Source: an uncultured Deferribacteres bacterium
GTDB lineage: Bacteria > Zhuqueibacterota > Zhuqueibacteria > Zhuqueibacterales > Geothermadaptataceae
Reading direction: 5' to 3'
NCBI GenBank assembly: GCA_964014485.1
Contig: CAXHAT010000185.1
Location: 1-15,566, forward strand
DNA: 15,566 nucleotides
The notes under the pieces were generated by a model. It was not told the DNA's origin and searched no databases. It worked only from the letters and a program-made list of their open reading frames with translations. Both the position numbers and the translations under genes were made by a program. Below are positions 1 through 6,003 of the stretch, one piece after another (position 1 is the stretch's first letter; every line of letters starts with the position of its first letter).

Positions 1-18
1 TGTACGCTGGCGTACAGA

Positions 19-629
19 GTGGAAGCCTACCGAAGATCACGAGGTGAATTGATACTCGATACAACTTTCCTACTCGGGGATCTATCCCTTGTGGAAGCCT
101 ACCGAAGATCACGAGGTGAATTGATACTCTTGTTGATCACGCGATCAACTGGACCATCCGGGTGGAAGCCTACCGAAGATCACGAGGTGAATTGATACAA
201 TTCTCATACCGTGCCTTGCTCTCCACGTGTTGGAGTGGAAGCCTACCGAAGATCACGAGGTGAATTGATACAAAAGGGGCTTCCGACAGGTTGGTCGGCA
301 GGCAAGTGGAAGCCTACCGAAGATCACGAGGTGAATTGATACGAAAGCAGGTAGAGCATAAAAACGATAGCTAATAAGTGGAAGCCTACCGAAGATCACG
401 AGGTGAATTGATACATAGCTATTATTACAGCTGAAGCCCCTGCCAATAAGTGGAAGCCTACCGAAGATCACGAGGTGAATTGATACATTTTGACTGAGCC
501 AATCAAGCCTGCCGTCCAGTTGTGGAAGCCTACCGAAGATCACGAGGTGAATTGATACATGCCTGTTGAGACGGATTCGCTCACGTCGCCGTGTGGAAGC
601 CTGCCGAAGGCCACAGGGTGGATTGAGAC
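19..629 (+). CRISPR. CRISPR array (trailer end), 9 repeats of 37 bp, consensus GTGGAAGCCTACCGAAGATCACGAGGTGAATTGATAC; probably continues upstream of the window
   Basis: Identical repeats at 19-55, 91-127, 162-198, 235-271, 306-342, 378-414, 450-486 and 522-558, plus a variant copy at 593-629 with 7 substitutions. Unique spacers of 35, 34, 36, 34, 35, 35, 35 and 34 bp; bases 1-18 are a partial spacer. The + orientation is inferred from the 3' ATTGATAC (ATTGAAAC-like 8-nt handle after a TCAC-GAG-GTGA stem, typical of Cas6-processed class 1 repeats) and from the degenerate copy lying at the 3' end. Confidence 0.98.
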
Positions 630-635
630 GCGGGG

Positions 636-674
636 CGGCGGGCGGCTTTCAGCCGCGTCAGATGCAAACCGCCG
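636..674 (+). other. GC-rich hairpin just downstream of the array (possible transcript end or REP-like remnant)
   Basis: GCGGCT-TTC-AGCCGC (642-656), enclosed by CGGCGG (636-641) and CCGCCG (669-674). There is no adjacent U-tract, so it is not a classic intrinsic terminator. Confidence 0.3.
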
Positions 675-773
675 GAAGGTTCTTGCAAATTGCCTGCATT
701 TTTGCGATGCATAAAAAGCGTCGCGCGGCGCTTGGAAAATTGTGAGAACCTTAATCTTTGCAACGGTCAAAAA

Positions 774-2501
774 ATGCGGCTTTTCCCCGTCAGGTCTTCC
801 AGTCTTAAAACCATCCTTACTTTTACCCTCCTTGCTTTTTCCGCAAACAGCTTCGCCAACGACGGACTGCCGCCGGAGATGCGTAAGAAGGTGGACGCGG
901 TTTTTGCCGAATGGGACAAGACCAATTCCCCCGGCTGCGCACTGGCGATTATCCAGGACGGCAAAATTGTCTACAAGCGCGGCTACGGCATGGCGAATCT
1001 GGAGCACGGCGTTCCAATTTCGTCCAAATCCGTTTTTCGCATCGCTTCGGTTTCAAAGCAAATCACGGCGGCTTGTATGGCGCTATTGCAAGAGCAAGGC
1101 AAGCTAAATGTTGATGACGACGCTCGGAAGTACTTGCCGGAGCTTCCGGATTATGGCAGCACGATCACGATTCGCCGTTTCATCACCCATACCAGCGGCG
1201 TACGCGATTACTTGACGTTGTTGAGGTTGGCGGGTTATCGGCGCGGCGATTTTGTGGTAGATGAAGAAATTTATGACCTGATCGTCGCACAAAAAGCACT
1301 GAATTTCGATCCCGGCGAAGAGTTTTTGTACAGCAATTCCGGTTACTTTCTGCTGGCTGAAATCGTCAAGCGCGTTTCTGGACAAACGCTGCGCGAATTT
1401 GCGGCGGAGCAGATTTTCCAGCCGTTGGGAATGAACGACACGCACTTTCACAACGATCAAAACATGATCGTGCGCCGCCGCGCTGACGGCTACGCGCAGA
1501 AGCAAGACGGCGGCTACGAAATTTCCATGACATCGCTGGAAATGATTGGCGACGGCGGCGTTTTTACGACGGTCGAGGACTTGGCGAAGTGGGACGCCAA
1601 TTTTTACGACAACAAGCTCGGCAAAGGCGGAAAGGATTTTGTCGAAACGATGCTGACAACGGCGGTTTTGAATAACGGCGAAAAGCTGGAATACGCTTTT
1701 GGCTTGTCCGTCGGCGATTACAAAGGCTTGCGTACAGTGCGGCACGGCGGATCGTTCGTCGGCTTTCGCGCCGACATGGTGCGCTTCCCGGAACAGCGTT
1801 TTTCTGTCATTTGTTTGGCAAATTTAAGCTCAATTTCACCCTCGTCACTGACGAACAAAGTCGCTGATATTTGTTTAGAAAATGAATTTCAGGCCAAAAA
1901 GAAAACCGCGTTGACGGCGGCTGAAGCGCCGCAAGCTTTCGAGGCAGATAAAGAAGCGTTACGCGCGTTCATAGGCGTTTTTGAAGATAAGCGGCAAGGC
2001 AATCTTTGGCGGATCGAATATGACTCCGGCAAGTTGATGATGCGCATGGGACGCAACGTTGAATTCGAATTGACGCCGATTCGCGAAAATGCTTTTAAAC
2101 CAGCCAAACAGTCTGTGCCCGGAGAAATCGTTTTTGGGAAATTTGCTAACGGTCAGCCGCGGGAGATGCGTTTGATTCGGGAAGGAAACGAGCCGATTGT
2201 TTGCGAATCGGTGCAGCTTGCGTCCCCTGCTCCGGGGGATTTGAGCATTTATGCCGGCGCCTATTTCAGCGAAGAACTCGGCGCGACGTACCAGGTCGTT
2301 TTCAGAGACGGCGCGCTTTATCTTGAGCATGAAAACCCGCACAAAGGCTTTGCAAAAGATGAAGCGCTCAATCCAACCTTGAAAGATCAGTTTGAAGTTT
2401 CGTCAGCGAAAATCCGATTTACCAGAAATCGTCAAGGGCAGGTTGCAGGGTTTGTTTTAGACGCCGGACGGGTCAAAAATATCCAATTTGTATCGAATTG
2501 A
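774..2501 (+). CDS. Secreted serine hydrolase, beta-lactamase/AmpC (peptidase S12)-like, with C-terminal DUF3471-like beta domains
   Basis: SxxK (IASVSKQ), YxN (YSNSGY) and HGG motifs, plus FITHTSG. The ATG at 774 gives a signal peptide (MRLFPVRSSSLKTILTFTLLAFSANSFA) and is preferred over the TTG start at 690. Confidence 0.9.
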   Translation: MRLFPVRSSSLKTILTFTLLAFSANSFANDGLPPEMRKKVDAVFAEWDKTNSPGCALAIIQDGKIVYKRGYGMANLEHGVPISSKSVFRIASVSKQITAACMALLQEQGKLNVDDDARKYLPELPDYGSTITIRRFITHTSGVRDYLTLLRLAGYRRGDFVVDEEIYDLIVAQKALNFDPGEEFLYSNSGYFLLAEIVKRVSGQTLREFAAEQIFQPLGMNDTHFHNDQNMIVRRRADGYAQKQDGGYEISMTSLEMIGDGGVFTTVEDLAKWDANFYDNKLGKGGKDFVETMLTTAVLNNGEKLEYAFGLSVGDYKGLRTVRHGGSFVGFRADMVRFPEQRFSVICLANLSSISPSSLTNKVADICLENEFQAKKKTALTAAEAPQAFEADKEALRAFIGVFEDKRQGNLWRIEYDSGKLMMRMGRNVEFELTPIRENAFKPAKQSVPGEIVFGKFANGQPREMRLIREGNEPIVCESVQLASPAPGDLSIYAGAYFSEELGATYQVVFRDGALYLEHENPHKGFAKDEALNPTLKDQFEVSSAKIRFTRNRQGQVAGFVLDAGRVKNIQFVSN

Positions 2502-2510
2502 TTTTGTGTA

Positions 2511-2630
2511 GGGGCTGTCTCGAAACATGATTTCTAAATGACAGGCATACCGCGTGTAGGGGTTCAAGATTTTGAACCCCTACAACATATTGTGTATTGC
2601 TCTACAGTTTTTATGTTTTAAGACAGTTCC
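2511..2630. mobile_element. Putative 120-bp MITE-like element with imperfect 18-bp terminal inverted repeats, flanked by TA on both sides
   Basis: Left end GGGGCTGTCTCGAAACAT (2511-2528) versus reverse complement of the right end GGAACTGTCTTAAAACAT (2613-2630): 14/18 match. TA at 2509-2510 and 2631-2632. No transposase. Confidence 0.5.
2555..2584. repeat. GTAG-type REP-like palindrome (could also act as a bidirectional terminator between convergent genes)
   Basis: TGTAGGGGTTCAA-GATT-TTGAACCCCTACA, perfect 13-bp arms containing the GTAG tetranucleotide characteristic of RAYT-associated REPs. Confidence 0.75.
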
Positions 2631-2644
2631 TATATTTTCCCCGA

Positions 2645-2719
2645 CTCGTTCCTAATCTCCAGATTGGGAACACGATTGTTCTCGAAACTCCAGATTCGCG
2701 TTTGGCTCATGAGAATCTG
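2645..2719. repeat. Second, different REP/REPIN-like palindromic element (CTCGTTCC...GGGAAC type), apparently partial
   Basis: GTTCCTAATCT-CC-AGATTGGGAAC (2648-2671; 11-bp arms, one G-T pair), followed by the related CGAAACT-CC-AGATTCG (2683-2698), both sharing the CTCCAGATT core. CAGATTC (2691-2697) can also pair with GAATCTG (2713-2719). Confidence 0.55.
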
Positions 2720-2732
2720 CGATTGCAGCGTA

Positions 2733-3728
2733 TTAAGATTTCCGCCACATTTCCATCAGTCGCTCCAAATCGCCCTCAACCTCTAACCCGCCGTTTTCGC
2801 CCACCCCTTGAAAGATTGTTTTGCCGTCACGCGTTTTGAAATGCATCTCGACCGTCGAGCCGATGGTTTCGAGAATTTGCCGATCCATGCCGTCGACGCT
2901 GGGCGCTTGCAACAGGCCGCCAGACGTTCGCGTTGCACCGATTTCAAGAATATGCGTTTTATTGCTCAAAGTCATCGCGACGTCTTTTCCCTTAATTTCG
3001 AGATGATCGACCTTGGCGCCGGTGTAGGTCGTGAAACGATGCAAAACGCCTTCATGCCACAGACCGGCAATGTAGCCCAAAAATGAACCGCGCAGCCACG
3101 GAATGATGGCAATGGAAGCGGTGAGACTCGTACCCGTCTGGCTAAAATGATTCGATTGCAGCCAAACCCACGCGCCGGGAAAAGAGCGCCCCCAGTCTTT
3201 TTCGATATAGCCGCGTCCGCCGTCAAAAGAAATTTCTTTGCCGTTGTAATTCAGCGATCCCGAGATAGAATGATCGAGGCTGACCACGCCGTGGAAACAT
3301 TCCATGAAAGGGGCCCAGGCGTACCAGCCCATGATGCCGGGGGAAGCCAGCGTTACTGGCCACAGCGTAATATTTTGAAAACTCAATTCGCCGCTGATTG
3401 AAACGCCGTTTTGTTCAATGTCCAGCGTCGCTTTATTGGCTGCAAAACGATTTTTTCCTAACTGAACTTCAAACACGCCGTCGCTCGCCTTAAAGTCGTT
3501 CAGCGGATATTCACAGTAAGAAACGGCGCCTGTCTTGCCGTCCAATATTTGAACGAAGGCGTGACTCTCAGCGCTTTTCTTGCTGAAGAAAACGCCTGGA
3601 ATAATTGCAAAGGTTTGCTTTGCCGAACAGTCTGCGATTTTGAAATACCAGCCTTCGAAAAACGGCGGTTTTTGCCCCGCGCCGTGATAAGCGTCCGGGT
3701 TCAAGGTCGTCTTGATGTATCGTTTCAT
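2733..3728 (-). CDS. Tocopherol cyclase family protein
   Basis: Motifs FFEGWYFK, GIMGWYAWAPFMECFHGVVS and GRGYIEKDWGRSFPGAWVWLQSNHF match the tocopherol cyclase (VTE1-like) family. The start overlaps the upstream stop (TAATG at 3730-3726). Confidence 0.85.
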   Translation of the reverse strand: MKRYIKTTLNPDAYHGAGQKPPFFEGWYFKIADCSAKQTFAIIPGVFFSKKSAESHAFVQILDGKTGAVSYCEYPLNDFKASDGVFEVQLGKNRFAANKATLDIEQNGVSISGELSFQNITLWPVTLASPGIMGWYAWAPFMECFHGVVSLDHSISGSLNYNGKEISFDGGRGYIEKDWGRSFPGAWVWLQSNHFSQTGTSLTASIAIIPWLRGSFLGYIAGLWHEGVLHRFTTYTGAKVDHLEIKGKDVAMTLSNKTHILEIGATRTSGGLLQAPSVDGMDRQILETIGSTVEMHFKTRDGKTIFQGVGENGGLEVEGDLERLMEMWRKS

Positions 3729-5983
3729 TACCGCAATAAAACCATTTTACGCGTCGTCCGAAAAGTGTCTGTTTGCAATGAAAAATAATAAACGCCGCTG
3801 CTTTGATTTCTCGCTTCCCAGATGACGGACTTTGTTCCGGCCTGCAATTCTTCGTCGACGAGAACGGCGATTTCGACGCCTAGGAGATTGAAAACTTGAA
3901 GCTTAACGTGCGTGCGCACCGGCAGGTCAAACGAAATTTTGGTTTCTGGATTGAAAGGATTGGGATAGTTTTGATGCAGCGCGAATGACGCAGGAGTCTG
4001 TGCGGGCGAGCCTGAAACGCCCGTTGGAATGCTGACTTCACCGGGCGTAGAATTGGGGATGAATTGCCAATTGTCCGAGCCGTCAGGCACGCGTCCGAAC
4101 GAGGTGTCCGAGCGCTGGGCGGTAAATCTGATCGAATCCAGCAGCGACATAGCGCCGCCGATCTCTTCGTAAAGCCCGATCTCCTCGCCGGTCGCGCTGA
4201 GACGAAAATTGAGGTGCAGCGGGCCTTGCGAGCGCTGTCCGTCCGCCCAGAGCAGCAGCGCTTTGTTTGGCGGAATCGTCGTTTCCTGTGCTGCATTTTC
4301 AGGCAGAATCGTCTGGCGGGGATCGAGCAGGTCGTTGGTGAAAATCAAACCGCCGGCGTTGACGGCGGCGGCATTTTTGTTCAAAATCTCGACCCAGTCG
4401 TCAAACTCGCCGAAAGAATCGGCAATGCGCGTGTTATTCCGCGCCATGAATTCGTTGATGAGCAGCGATTCCGAAGCGGCGTGGCGGCCTTCATTGATGA
4501 AAAAAGTGTGGAGCTTTCTGCCGCGATCTTCGATGATGTAAACGATGTTGTCTTCTTCAGCGAAAGTCACGCCCTCGGCCTGCTCAACCGGGATGTACCA
4601 AGAGCGCAGCAGTACGCCGTTGCGCGTCATTTCGTTGAGCGAGAAGCTTTCGTCGCTGACGATGAAAAAGGTGCCCCAAGTCGGGTGCAGCGCGATCCCG
4701 GTCACGTCCGAAGAGAACCGTAGTGTGGTGCGCGCGAGCTCAACGCCGTCCGTCGTTGTTTCAATAAGCTGCGACGGATTTTCCGATTGCAGAAGGAAAA
4801 GGTGGCTGGTGATGGGATCGTACACGACGCCTTCGAGACCCTGAGTCGCGCCAATTGCGTGAGCCACTTCAAATGAGCCGAGCCGAATGCCGTCCAAGTT
4901 GTATTTGATGACTTCCCAGCCTGTTTCCTCGACGACGTAAAACACTTCGTTGACGGGATCGAGAGCAATGCCCTCCATATCCGCGCCATTGACGTCGATT
5001 TCGCGGATGATTTTTCCAACAACGGTTATTTCAAACAGTTTTCCAGCCGTCGGATCGTCTTCGATGGCGAACAGAGATTTTCGAGCAGCGCTGTAAGTCA
5101 AACCGGAGGCGCCGCCAAACTCCAGCGAACTGGTCAGCGTCGGTTTCCAGTCGGTGATGCGATACTTTTCATTTTTGAGCGGTGCGGATTCCGGAAAGTA
5201 GGCGATTCCGCCATCATTGTTGGAAGCTTCAATGTACCACTCAATGCGTGCGCCAATTGCTTGAGCGGGAATTGTCCCGCCCCAAAATCCATCGTTCGGG
5301 CCGCCGTCGCCATGTTGCCCGTCGTCGAACATTGGCGTTGCGATAAAGGGATTTTCTCCGACGGCGTAGTGGATGACGGCTTGCAAGCCCGGCTGCGATG
5401 AGATGATTTGTCCCGTGATCGAGACTTCCTGACCGACATCCGGAAAAACAGGCGTTCGCAAGACGTTTGAAATCTCCGGCGCTGCGACAAACATATTGCT
5501 CGCGCCGGGCGTCGGGTTTGTAAAACGTGCTCGCGTCGCGCCGCCGTCGGGAAATCTGCCGAACGATTCGTCGGGTCTTTGCGCGGCGTAGGAGATGGAA
5601 TCGAGCACCGCGCCGGCGGCGGAAAACAGCCCGATTTGTTCGCCGTTAGCGGAAAGCCTGGCGCTGACGTGGAGAACGCCCTGCAGCGGCTGGCCGTCGA
5701 ACCAGACGACAAGAAATCCACCGGGGCTGATCGTCGTCGCCGACGGGTTTGTGGTTGGGATTTGCCATTGCGTTGGGATATTCAAATTATCGGTGACGAA
5801 CATGCCGCCGATATTCACCGGCGTATCGCCTGCATTGTAGAATTCCACCCAATCGTCAAATTCGCCGAATTCATCGGCGCAACAGGTCTCGTTGTCCGCC
5901 ATGAATTCATTGATGACGACATTTTGAGCCGCGACGTGAGCGGCGAGAAAAATTATCAAAAACGAGCAAGCTTTCAGCTTCAT
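3728..5983 (-). CDS. Secreted multidomain protein: lamin-tail domain, choice-of-anchor X-like domain, SdiA-regulated/YjiK-like beta-propeller, second lamin-tail domain, T9SS type A-like C-terminal sorting domain
   Basis: Signal peptide. Two LTD starts (VVINEFMADN...FDDWVEFYN and LLINEFMARN...FDDWVEILN), each domain ending in TPG. MFDDGQHGDGGPNDGFWGG motif. Propeller repeats SGLTY, MEGIA, LEGVVY, VTGIA and AEGVTF. C-terminal LHQNYPNPFNPET...SSGVYY...TRKMVLLR. Confidence 0.85.
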   Translation of the reverse strand: MKLKACSFLIIFLAAHVAAQNVVINEFMADNETCCADEFGEFDDWVEFYNAGDTPVNIGGMFVTDNLNIPTQWQIPTTNPSATTISPGGFLVVWFDGQPLQGVLHVSARLSANGEQIGLFSAAGAVLDSISYAAQRPDESFGRFPDGGATRARFTNPTPGASNMFVAAPEISNVLRTPVFPDVGQEVSITGQIISSQPGLQAVIHYAVGENPFIATPMFDDGQHGDGGPNDGFWGGTIPAQAIGARIEWYIEASNNDGGIAYFPESAPLKNEKYRITDWKPTLTSSLEFGGASGLTYSAARKSLFAIEDDPTAGKLFEITVVGKIIREIDVNGADMEGIALDPVNEVFYVVEETGWEVIKYNLDGIRLGSFEVAHAIGATQGLEGVVYDPITSHLFLLQSENPSQLIETTTDGVELARTTLRFSSDVTGIALHPTWGTFFIVSDESFSLNEMTRNGVLLRSWYIPVEQAEGVTFAEEDNIVYIIEDRGRKLHTFFINEGRHAASESLLINEFMARNNTRIADSFGEFDDWVEILNKNAAAVNAGGLIFTNDLLDPRQTILPENAAQETTIPPNKALLLWADGQRSQGPLHLNFRLSATGEEIGLYEEIGGAMSLLDSIRFTAQRSDTSFGRVPDGSDNWQFIPNSTPGEVSIPTGVSGSPAQTPASFALHQNYPNPFNPETKISFDLPVRTHVKLQVFNLLGVEIAVLVDEELQAGTKSVIWEARNQSSGVYYFSLQTDTFRTTRKMVLLR

Positions 5984-6003
5984 TGCGATTCCTTGTTCAA
6001 ACG

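Noticed and set aside
19..55. Loose resemblance of the repeat (GTGG start, AGGTG..TTGA end) to type V-K Cas12k repeats as I recall them
   Set aside because: The similarity is limited to generic ends, and no tns genes, cas12k, tracrRNA anti-repeat or transposon end is visible. The stem plus 8-nt handle fits Cas6 processing better.
253..543. 96-aa minus-strand ORF with repeated VSIHLVIFGRLP
   Set aside because: It is a translation artefact of the CRISPR repeats.
56..592. Self-targeting of spacers within the window
   Set aside because: I noticed no extended match by eye. A proper alignment to the whole genome is still needed.
731..763. Possible Bacteroidota-like promoter (TTGG...TAATCTTTGCA) before the hydrolase
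   Set aside because: It does not fit TAnnTTTG or sigma70 spacing cleanly, so it cannot be supported.
690..773. TTG-start N-terminal extension of the serine hydrolase
   Set aside because: The signal peptide begins at ATG 774, and the extension looks like intergenic or promoter DNA.
540..1007. 155-aa minus-strand ORF and other short ORFs spanning the array end
   Set aside because: They overlap the repeats and the antisense strand of the hydrolase and have no recognisable motif. They are not cas genes.
2597..2839. 80-aa plus-strand ORF
   Set aside because: It runs through REP/MITE-like palindromes and antisense into the cyclase gene, so it is likely spurious.
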